DNA from: a virus
Virus record (IMG/VR): IMGVR_UViG_3300050821_024084
Location: 37,022-101,021 of that record
DNA: 64,000 nt
Direction: 5' to 3' (one strand)
A program made the position numbers and the translations under genes. Of this stretch, positions 56,493 to 64,000 are shown in pieces; within the stretch, counting starts at the first letter, position 1, and every line of letters starts with the position of its first letter. The notes under the pieces are model-generated. The model was given only the letters and a program-made list of their open reading frames with translations. It did no database searches and was not told the DNA's origin.

Positions 56493-56845
56493 GCATCCTC
56501 GCGGCAAGCAGCAGCGACGGCGGCGGGAGTGCCGGAGTGCTGACGCTGTATTATCTTGCAGGCTCGATAGCGACTATCCTGGGAGTCGCGTACGGTATCA
56601 TCCGGTACTACGGGCGTCAGCGCGATCGCTGGCAGCAAGAGGGGCAGCAGCGTGCCGAGCAAGCGACAGCCATGAAGAACAATTCCCAGAAGCTCACCGA
56701 GAATACTGAGGCTATCGCCGCCCTGACGCATAAGCTCGATGATTTCATCGACACGGTACGCAGCGAGCTGAACGGGCTGACGCATCGCGTATCCCGGCTG
56801 GAGGAGTACCGGGATGCTTCCGACCGGCGGGATAATCACCTGTGA
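56486..56845 (+). CDS. Holin-like TM + coiled-coil protein
   Basis: One TM then coiled coil ending RVSRLE. Confidence 0.6.
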   Translation: MLSILAASSSDGGGSAGVLTLYYLAGSIATILGVAYGIIRYYGRQRDRWQQEGQQRAEQATAMKNNSQKLTENTEAIAALTHKLDDFIDTVRSELNGLTHRVSRLEEYRDASDRRDNHL

Positions 56846-57273
56846 CGCTGCCCCGGGCTCCGGCAGTCTTCGGATTCGCGGATGGCACAGTCTGCGCGAT
56901 GGGCATCATCGCGGGGCTCGCGATCACTCATCAGGACGCGCGAGCAATCTGGACGGCGGCGTTCTCCGCCGGGCTGGCGGAGTTCGCGGGCATGGCGGCG
57001 GGCCAGTATCAGTCTGCTCCGGAAGACGGGAAGCTCGCGGCGCTGATCTGCGGGCTGGCCTCGACGGCAGGAGCCGTGCTCCCCGCTGTGCCGTACCTGA
57101 TCACCGGAGGGGCACCGGCACTGGCGTGCGCGATCGTCGTCGCGCTGCTGCTGTGCGCGTGCATTGCGTACCTGCGACCCGACCACCAGGGCAGCAGAGC
57201 ATATGTGCAGAGCTACGGGGTCATGGCGGCGGCGATCGGGCTGTGCCTGCTCGGCGGCCTGATCCCGGCGTAA
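56842..57273 (+). CDS. VIT1/CCC1-family membrane protein (minimal)
   Basis: VFGFADG, AGLAEFAGMAAGQYQS, GAVLPAVPY. Confidence 0.75.
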   Translation: MTLPRAPAVFGFADGTVCAMGIIAGLAITHQDARAIWTAAFSAGLAEFAGMAAGQYQSAPEDGKLAALICGLASTAGAVLPAVPYLITGGAPALACAIVVALLLCACIAYLRPDHQGSRAYVQSYGVMAAAIGLCLLGGLIPA

Positions 57274-57286
57274 GGAGGAGCAGCAG

Positions 57287-57760
57287 GTGAGTCTCTACAC
57301 GCATATCCCGCATCCGCATCTGGAGCGACGCCAGAAAGCCGGCCCGGTCAAGGTCGACGACCAGCGGAACCTGGATCACCCCCGCTGGGTGATACGTTTC
57401 AACTCCCGGGTCGCGCTGGCATGCACGCTCGCTGTCGGATCCATGTGGTGCGCGTACGCTTTCGGTCTTCTCGCGCTCCTGGGCCTGCCTACTGCGCTGG
57501 AGCCCGGCAACATCGGGCTGCTGTTCTGGATCTCCAGCGACTTCCTCCAGCTCACGCTGCTCAGCGTGATCATCGTCGGGCAGAACATCCAGGCGGGGGC
57601 TGCCGACAAGCGCTCGGAGCAGACGTATCAGGACAGCGAGATCATTCTGCACGAGCAGGCGCAGCAGGCGGCGCACCTGGCGGCTCAGGACGACAGGATC
57701 GTCGAGATCCAGCGAGCCGTGCAGGATATCCTGGCTCAGGTGAAGGGAGCAGGCTCATGA
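57287..57760 (+). CDS. DUF1003-like membrane protein
   Basis: VGSMWCAY.F, FLQL.LLSVIIVGQN. Confidence 0.7.
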   Translation: MSLYTHIPHPHLERRQKAGPVKVDDQRNLDHPRWVIRFNSRVALACTLAVGSMWCAYAFGLLALLGLPTALEPGNIGLLFWISSDFLQLTLLSVIIVGQNIQAGAADKRSEQTYQDSEIILHEQAQQAAHLAAQDDRIVEIQRAVQDILAQVKGAGS

Positions 57761-58338
57761 CCAGCGCGCAAGGTATTGATGTCAGCGCATTCCAGCCGGT
57801 GCTGACGTCCGCCGATCTGAACGGGCTGGCATTCTGTTTCACCAAGGCGACAGACGGGCCATCGGAGACCGATCCGAATTTCACCCTGAACTGGCGGGTA
57901 ATGAAGTCAGCCGGCATTCACCGGGGGGCGTACCATGAGCTCCGGCCGGGGGCTGCCGGTCCTCAGGCGGAGCACTTTCTCGCTGTTGTGAAAGACGCCG
58001 GGCTTGAGCCGGGCGATATGCTCGCGGTGGTCGCATCTGATTACGGGGGCGTGACGGATGCTGAGGTAAAAACATGGTGCGATCAGGTGCAGGCGGCGTC
58101 ACGCACCTCGCCAGTCCTGATATACTCAGATCTGTCAGTCGCACGTACACTCACGAGCTGCACCGGATATGCTCTGTGGGTCGCGTGGCCGTCGAGTACT
58201 GCGCCATCGTCAGTTACCCCGTGGAAGACCTGGAAATTCTGGCAGTGGAGCGAGACTGATCTCGATCGCGACGCCTATAACGGCACGGCGGCAGAGCTTC
58301 AGGCGTGGCTTGACGCGATCGCGTATCCTGGTAAGTGA
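57757..58338 (+). CDS. GH25 lysozyme (endolysin)
   Basis: GIDVSAFQ, KATDG, RGAYH, LWVA, FWQW, LDRD. Confidence 0.88.
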   Translation: MTSAQGIDVSAFQPVLTSADLNGLAFCFTKATDGPSETDPNFTLNWRVMKSAGIHRGAYHELRPGAAGPQAEHFLAVVKDAGLEPGDMLAVVASDYGGVTDAEVKTWCDQVQAASRTSPVLIYSDLSVARTLTSCTGYALWVAWPSSTAPSSVTPWKTWKFWQWSETDLDRDAYNGTAAELQAWLDAIAYPGK

Positions 58339-58359
58339 CTACTCCGAGAGGCGGTACCC

Positions 58360-59070
58360 ATGCTGAAGCTGGGCAGGCTCCCCGGTCATATCCCGGTCGG
58401 GCTGAAGGACCTGCGGTACTACGTGGCGGGACCGCTGCCCGCACCTCCGGCATCCGTGCCGCTGTCGCCAGGCGTGGCGTGGGGAATGCTCGGGAATGAC
58501 GAGTACGGGGACTGCGGCGTCGCCGGTCATGAGCACGGGCTGATGGCGGCTGCGCAGGCAGCGCATGACAATGAGACGTTCCCGTCTTCAGATCAGGCAG
58601 TCCAGTACTACCTGACGTACACGGGCGGGCAGGACGACGGCGTGGTGCTCGCGAACTTCCTGGCTTACGTCCGGAAGAACGGGTACTACGGCCATACCCT
58701 CGGCGCGTACGCGCCGATGGGGATCAGCGACATCCGGGCGCTTCAGTTCGCGATCTACGCGTTCGGGTACGCGTATACCGGGATCTCCGTCACGCAGCAG
58801 ATGCTCGACGATTTCCAGGCGGGTGTCCCCTGGATGATGAGCAGTCTCGCCGGGAGCCCGGCCGGCGGGCATTGCATTCCCGTTATCGGCTACGACAGCC
58901 TGTATATTTACGCGGTGACCTGGGGGAGTATCCAGGCGATCGCATATCCCGCATGGCACGGCATGGTTGAGGAGGCCTGGGCGACGCTGACCGGCGAGCT
59001 GGATGCCGGAGACGGGCGAGGGCTGAATTATGCTGCGCTCCGGGCGGATCTCGACCGGATAGTCTCGTGA
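58360..59070 (+). CDS. Papain-like (C1) cysteine peptidase
   Basis: GDC, GGHC, GYD, TWG. Confidence 0.7.
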   Translation: MLKLGRLPGHIPVGLKDLRYYVAGPLPAPPASVPLSPGVAWGMLGNDEYGDCGVAGHEHGLMAAAQAAHDNETFPSSDQAVQYYLTYTGGQDDGVVLANFLAYVRKNGYYGHTLGAYAPMGISDIRALQFAIYAFGYAYTGISVTQQMLDDFQAGVPWMMSSLAGSPAGGHCIPVIGYDSLYIYAVTWGSIQAIAYPAWHGMVEEAWATLTGELDAGDGRGLNYAALRADLDRIVS

Positions 59071-59219
59071 ATGCGGCGACCATCACAGCGCTGGCAACAG
59101 CTATCGTGAGCATCATCGGGGCGGTAACGGCGCTGATTACTGCACTCAAGGCTAGTAAGAAGGCGTCCGCTGCGGCGGAGACTGCTGCTAAGCTGGGCAA
59201 TCGTGATACGACTGTATGA
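59067..59219 (+). CDS. Small TM protein (50 aa)
   Basis: Manual ORF with GTGA overlap and one hydrophobic helix. Confidence 0.45.
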   Translation: MNAATITALATAIVSIIGAVTALITALKASKKASAAAETAAKLGNRDTTV

Positions 59220-59988
59220 TACATTCATGTACGGCGGGGAAGCCGACATCCTGGAGTGCCGTCTTCGCGAGCTTGATGACTCCCCGGTGGACAGGTTCGT
59301 GATCGTCGAGGCGGAGCTCACGCACCGGGGAGATCCGAAGCCGCTGTACTTCCGGGAAGACGAGGCGCGCTTCCGGCCGTGGAGTGACCGGATCACGTAC
59401 ATTCCTGTTGAGGCAGATCTGCTGCCCAGCAGGGCACAGAACCCTGACCCCTGGTCACGTGAGCACGCGCAGCGCGAGTTCGCGCTCCTCGGGCTGGCGG
59501 ATGCTGAGCCCGGAGACATCATCCTGCACGGGGACTGCGATGAGATACCGTCGCGCAATGCCATCGGCCGGACCCTCGCGTCTGAGGGGCTGCTGCCGCT
59601 CGTCCTCCAGATGCGGCTCGCGCAGTACGCGGCCGACTGGGTGCATCCGCTGCCGTGGAACGGCACGGTCGCCACGCGCAGGCGCAGCATCGGGACATTC
59701 GCCAGGCTCCGCGCGCTGCGGAACTCGCTGCCGGTGCTGACAGATGCCGGGACGCATCTGTCCTGGATGGGCGGGACGGACGCGCATGTACAGAAGCTCG
59801 GGCTGCACTGTCACCTGGAGATGACTGCTGCGACAGAAGAGGCGCTCCGGAGCGGGCGCTGGCTGCGCGAGGGCCTGCACTCGGACGGGCACAAGCTGAT
59901 CCCGGCGGACGTGGACAGTACCTGGCCTCAGTGGGTGTATCATCGGGAATGTCCGAGCACCTGGTTCAGGCCGAGGGAAGAGGGTTAA
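59203..59988 (+). CDS. GT17-family glycosyltransferase
   Basis: YDTF...E.DILE.RL.EL, FVIVE, RE..QR, DCDEIP, HLSWMGG. Confidence 0.82.
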   Translation: MIRLYDTFMYGGEADILECRLRELDDSPVDRFVIVEAELTHRGDPKPLYFREDEARFRPWSDRITYIPVEADLLPSRAQNPDPWSREHAQREFALLGLADAEPGDIILHGDCDEIPSRNAIGRTLASEGLLPLVLQMRLAQYAADWVHPLPWNGTVATRRRSIGTFARLRALRNSLPVLTDAGTHLSWMGGTDAHVQKLGLHCHLEMTAATEEALRSGRWLREGLHSDGHKLIPADVDSTWPQWVYHRECPSTWFRPREEG

Positions 59989-60833
59989 TGCGAGTACTGG
60001 TCACCGGATCGAGCGGCTTCATCGGGAAATACGTCCAGCGGGCGCTGGAGAAGAACGGGCATTCCTGCATCGAGTTCGATGCCTCCAGTCGCCGTCAGTA
60101 CGTCGACGATAAAGCGGCTCTTGAGAAAGCTGTCTTTTACAAGTCAGACGCCATTATTAACCTGGCCGGGGTGCTCGGCACGAACGAGCTGTTCCATGGC
60201 GGGCGCGAGCACAAGGCTGTCGAGGTGAACATTCTCGGCGCGCTGAATGTCTACGACGTGGCGGCAGAAGCGGGCATCCCGGTCGTGCAGATCGGCACCG
60301 GGCACAAGGGCCAGCCGAACCCGTACGCGATCACTAAAGGAGCAGCGGAAGAGCTGGGCCTGGCGCGTGCCGCCTGGCAGGGCGAGAAGATCGCGGTGGT
60401 GCGGGCCTACCACGTCTACGGGGCAGGTCAGAAGATGTGCGCGCCGCACGGCACCTCGCCGGTCCGGAAGATCATCCCGTCGTTCATCTGCCGGGCGCTG
60501 ACTGGCATGCCGCTGGAGATCTACGGGAACGGCGAGCAGCAGATCGACCTGGTGCATGCTGCGGACGTGGCGGACGTGCTCATAGACGCGATTGACGGTC
60601 CGTACGGGGTTGTCATCGAGGCCGGGACCGGCGTGGCGACGACGGTGAACTCCGCTGCGAGGGGCGTGCTGCACGCATGCGGTGCCCCGCTGGACCAGGT
60701 GCAGCACACGCCCATGCGAGCCGGGGAGCCGGACCAGGCCCGCGTGGTGGCGTCGGAGCCGGCGTGCGCCGTGCGCCCGTGGCCGTGGCAGCTGACGGAG
60801 ACGATTGCCTGGTACCGGGAGCAGCTCGGGTGA
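59988..60833 (+). CDS. NAD-dependent sugar epimerase/dehydratase
   Basis: VTGSSGFIG, YAITK, VYG. Confidence 0.88.
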   Translation: MRVLVTGSSGFIGKYVQRALEKNGHSCIEFDASSRRQYVDDKAALEKAVFYKSDAIINLAGVLGTNELFHGGREHKAVEVNILGALNVYDVAAEAGIPVVQIGTGHKGQPNPYAITKGAAEELGLARAAWQGEKIAVVRAYHVYGAGQKMCAPHGTSPVRKIIPSFICRALTGMPLEIYGNGEQQIDLVHAADVADVLIDAIDGPYGVVIEAGTGVATTVNSAARGVLHACGAPLDQVQHTPMRAGEPDQARVVASEPACAVRPWPWQLTETIAWYREQLG

Positions 60834-61570
60834 TCGGGTACAAGGACATGGCCGTCGTCATGACGGTGTGGCGACGGCCCGGGTACACGCGGAAGGCGCT
60901 GGCGTCCTGGGAGAACGTGCGCGGCGTCGGGGAACTCGGGCTCTTCCGGGTCTATGTCGATCCCTCGGACCGGCAGGATGAGATCCTGAGCGTCTGCGCG
61001 GAGTTCCAGGACGGGATTCCGGGCCTGAGCGTTGAGGTGAACCCGGAGCGCTACGGGGTGTCCTGCAATCCGGAGTTCTCCATGGCGCGGGGGTTCCGCG
61101 AGCACGGTGCGGCGTTCTCTGTCGTGGGTGATGATGACATGCTCGTCAGCACGGACGTGCTGGAGTATCTGCGCTGGGGGGCGGATACGTTCGAGGACCG
61201 GAAAGATGTCGCTGCTGTCTGCGCGCACACGCCGGAGCCTGCGCCTGCGGATTCGGATCAGGAAGCGGTGCAGCTCTTGCCGAGGTACCGCTGCTGGACC
61301 TGGGGAACGTGGCGAGACAGGTGGGACACGGTGTTCGAGCCGACGTGGGACAGGCACTATGACTCCGGGGAACCGGCCGGTTACGACTGGAATATCGATC
61401 TTCGCGTGGTGCCGGGTCGCGGGCTGAGATGCGTGTTCCCGCTCGCCAGCCGCTCGCAGAACATCGGGCGGTTCGAGGGCGTGCATGCCAGCCCGGCTGA
61501 GTTCCTGAAGACGGCGAATCCCTCGTTCCGGCAGGAGCGCGAACCTGTGAGCTACCGGGTGATCACGTGA
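60830..61570 (+). CDS. GT-A fold glycosyltransferase
   Basis: MTVWRRPGY, GDDD, WGTWRDRW, SRSQNIG. Confidence 0.78.
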   Translation: MIGYKDMAVVMTVWRRPGYTRKALASWENVRGVGELGLFRVYVDPSDRQDEILSVCAEFQDGIPGLSVEVNPERYGVSCNPEFSMARGFREHGAAFSVVGDDDMLVSTDVLEYLRWGADTFEDRKDVAAVCAHTPEPAPADSDQEAVQLLPRYRCWTWGTWRDRWDTVFEPTWDRHYDSGEPAGYDWNIDLRVVPGRGLRCVFPLASRSQNIGRFEGVHASPAEFLKTANPSFRQEREPVSYRVIT

Positions 61571-62010
61571 AGCGGCTGAATCTCGGGGCCGGCGCGGACA
61601 TCCGGGCGAGCTGGGTGAACGTGGACCGGATCTTCCTGCCGGGGATCGACGTTGTGCACGATCTGGACATGGATCCGTGGCCGTGGGAAGACGCGAGCGT
61701 CGATGAGATCAGCGCGATCGACGTGTTCGAGCACGTGGAGGACCCGCTGGTGTTCATGAACCAGGCGGGGCGCATCCTGAAGCCCGGGGGCATCCTCCGG
61801 ATACGGACCGGGTACTGGCGGCATGAGAACTCGTTCACCGACCCCACGCACAAGCGTCACTGCACCGAGAAGAGTTTCGACTACTGGATCGCGGGGACGG
61901 AGTTCTACGAGAAGTACCACGCGGCGTACGCAGCTCCCGGGGTAGCGTTCTCGCAGGTCAGCAATAGTCTCGATGGCTCGGAGCTGGTCGTTGTTCTGAG
62001 GAGGCTCTGA
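61567..62010 (+). CDS. SAM-dependent methyltransferase
   Basis: LNLGAG, VFEH, RILKPGG, DPTH. Confidence 0.85.
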   Translation: MKRLNLGAGADIRASWVNVDRIFLPGIDVVHDLDMDPWPWEDASVDEISAIDVFEHVEDPLVFMNQAGRILKPGGILRIRTGYWRHENSFTDPTHKRHCTEKSFDYWIAGTEFYEKYHAAYAAPGVAFSQVSNSLDGSELVVVLRRL

Positions 62011-62027
62011 AGAGAACGGATCGAGGG

Positions 62028-62243
62028 ATGGTCGTATCAATCCTGACTATTACCGGGCTCGTGCTCGCTATCGCCGTCTCTGTCATGACTCTCATCAGGC
62101 TGTTCCGGACGGAACGCAAGATCCAGGAGGTGCACGTGCTCGTGAATTCCCAGCTGTCGAAGGTGCTGGCCCGGGTCACGCAGCTGACGAGCACGCTGGA
62201 AGAGGCAGATATCGAGATTCCGGAGAGCCCTGAAGATGAGTGA
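62028..62243 (+). CDS. Small membrane protein
   Basis: TM followed by VHVLVNS. Confidence 0.55.
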   Translation: MVVSILTITGLVLAIAVSVMTLIRLFRTERKIQEVHVLVNSQLSKVLARVTQLTSTLEEADIEIPESPEDE

Positions 62244-62970
62244 CATGTCTGTCATGATGACCGCCTGGCGACGGCCCGCCTACCTGCGACGCACGCTGGA
62301 ATCGTGGGCTGCCGTGGACGGGCTGAGGGACCTGCGCCAGTTCGTTGTCGCGCTGGACCCGTCGGATCGTCAGGACGCGGTGCGATCCGAGATCAAGCGA
62401 TCCGCGCTCGCCCCGGAACTCTGGGAGAACTCCGCACAGCTCGGCTGCGGGGGGAACCCGGCAGCATCTGCCCAGCGGATGTTCCAGGAAGATCCTGCCC
62501 TGGAGTTCCTCATCTTCGCGGAAGATGATCTCCTGGTCAGCGACGACGTGCTGCGGTACTTCGCGTGGGCAAAGGAGGAATTCCGGGACCGGTCCGACGT
62601 ACTGCTGGCATGCGCGCACTCGAACGATAACCCGTCAGCTGATGCGGATCCCTCTGCCGTGACGCTTGCCTGCCGGTTCCGGTGCTGGGTGTGGGCCACC
62701 TGGCGGGACCGCTGGGACGACGTGCTGTACCCCACCTGGGACTGGGACTACACCAGCGGTGACCAGGGGGGGCCTACCGGGTGGGACCACCATATCAACC
62801 TGCGCATCATGCCGCCGCGCGGTCTGCTGGCCGCGCTCCCGGCTGCGTCCCGGTCTCAGAACATCGGCAGGTTCGAGGGCGTGCACGCGGACCCGGCAGG
62901 CTTCGGGACGACGCAGAATCCCTCGTTCCGGGAGCACCGGGAGCCGGTCACATTTCAGCTATCTCGCTGA
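62236..62970 (+). CDS. GT-A fold glycosyltransferase, paralogue of 60830..61570
   Basis: AEDD; near-identical SRSQNIGRFEGVHA and DPSDRQD. Confidence 0.78.
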   Translation: MSDMSVMMTAWRRPAYLRRTLESWAAVDGLRDLRQFVVALDPSDRQDAVRSEIKRSALAPELWENSAQLGCGGNPAASAQRMFQEDPALEFLIFAEDDLLVSDDVLRYFAWAKEEFRDRSDVLLACAHSNDNPSADADPSAVTLACRFRCWVWATWRDRWDDVLYPTWDWDYTSGDQGGPTGWDHHINLRIMPPRGLLAALPAASRSQNIGRFEGVHADPAGFGTTQNPSFREHREPVTFQLSR

Positions 62971-64000
62971 GGGCGGGCACCCAGTGCTCTTTGAAGACCC
63001 GGTCCACATCGTAGGCCAGGGCGAAGTCCCTGGCCTCTTTTTCCTTGCTCGCCGCCTGCGTGTACGCTAGCTCGTAGCACGCCTCGATCTCCGCGACGCG
63101 AGGCTTGGACCACCAGGCGTGGTGCGCCGCGTTCCAGAACGGCTCGCCGCTTACCATCCAGCCTGCGCCCCGGAGCTCGGCCATCGAACTGAAATTCGTT
63201 ACGATCACAGGCCGACCGCAGCTCTGCGCCTCGATGACCGGGATCCCGAAGCCCTCGGCGTGACTGGCGGAAGACAGCACGTCGATCGCCCCGTACCAGG
63301 CGGCCATGTTCTCCGGCATGATGCGGCCGGTGATCAGGCCGTACGGATCGCTGAACCGGACCTTGCCCTGGAGATCCAGGCTGTTCACCAGATCCATCAG
63401 GTTGAGCGCCTGCGGGGCCTGGGTCAGCGCGTGGATCACCAGGAACGCGTCCGGGTGCTTAGCTGCGAACCGGCTGAATGCCAGGAGCTGCTCCGGGAAG
63501 GACTTGCGCACGGCGTCCTTGTTGGCGGCATTGATCCCGACGATAAATGCATCAGCGGGCAGTCCTATCTCTTCGCGGATGCGCTGCTTGCTGTCCGGCG
63601 GCGTGAAGACCGAGGTGTCGATCGCGTGCGGCACGTACAGCGATGTGAACCCGGCCTGCTCCAGCATGCGCTTGCCGAACCGGCTGACTGCAACCGGTAT
63701 TGCGCCGGAGCGCTGGAAGTACGCGCTGTCCATCGATGACAGCGGAGCGCAGTCAACGGGTGCCCAGTTCACCATCTTCAGGCCGCGCACCTGGTCCGGG
63801 TTCAGGACCCAGGCGTCCATGTGGGCGATGACTACATCGGACTGGACGTGCTTCGCATGCGCGGCAATGATGTCGTTGCCGTAGGGGTCCAGCCCGGCGG
63901 GCAGCACCGGGATGTCGTTCCACAGGGACGGCGCTCCGGCCAGGCCGTGGAACGCGCTGATGAACACCTCATGCCCGGCATCCTTGAGACGGGGAGTCAC
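62948..64000 (-). CDS. GT4 (GT-B) glycosyltransferase, 5' end probably outside the window
   Basis: EGFGIPVIEAQSCGRPVI. Confidence 0.88.
   Translation of the reverse strand: MTPRLKDAGHEVFISAFHGLAGAPSLWNDIPVLPAGLDPYGNDIIAAHAKHVQSDVVIAHMDAWVLNPDQVRGLKMVNWAPVDCAPLSSMDSAYFQRSGAIPVAVSRFGKRMLEQAGFTSLYVPHAIDTSVFTPPDSKQRIREEIGLPADAFIVGINAANKDAVRKSFPEQLLAFSRFAAKHPDAFLVIHALTQAPQALNLMDLVNSLDLQGKVRFSDPYGLITGRIMPENMAAWYGAIDVLSSASHAEGFGIPVIEAQSCGRPVIVTNFSSMAELRGAGWMVSGEPFWNAAHHAWWSKPRVAEIEACYELAYTQAASKEKEARDFALAYDVDRVFKEHWVPALSEIAEM

Noticed and set aside
63184-63198. Third SOS-box-like sequence TCGAACTGAAATTCG
   Set aside because: It has a mismatch and lies deep inside the GT4 coding region; likely chance.

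Overview
The whole window is a high-GC, actinobacterial-type tailed (siphovirus-like) phage or prophage. No integrase or att site is visible and both ends are cut mid-gene. Left to right: (1) 1-4.7 kb, a leftward operon of small genes ending in an Asp/Glu racemase, with two LexA-box-like palindromes. (2) 4.8-11 kb, a rightward RNA module: three Y-RNA-like elements (two carry circularly permuted tRNA bodies with intact anticodon arms), a tRNA-Met, five tandem paralogues, a VWA protein, a two-piece Ro60/TROVE and a HAD phosphatase. (3) 13.9-19.5 kb, a DNA hypermodification cluster (ParB, amino acid:DNA transferase, amidoligase, LMW-PTP, FAD oxidoreductase, P-loop kinase, TET/JBP) running into the terminase. 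(4) 19-39 kb, a head module with many self-splicing elements: a TerL intein with an antisense HNH gene inside it, a portal-MuF-Nudix-ParB fusion with two inteins, and a major capsid gene split by two group I introns plus a 53-nt core-less mini-intron and a 23-nt micro-exon. (5) 39-56 kb, neck and tail genes with a -1 frameshift chaperone. (6) 56-64 kb, lysis genes and a glycosyltransferase cluster. The best candidate for an undescribed system is the capsid mini-intron, which appears to borrow the ribozyme core of the neighbouring intron. All calls come from reading motifs by eye; no searches or folding programs were run.
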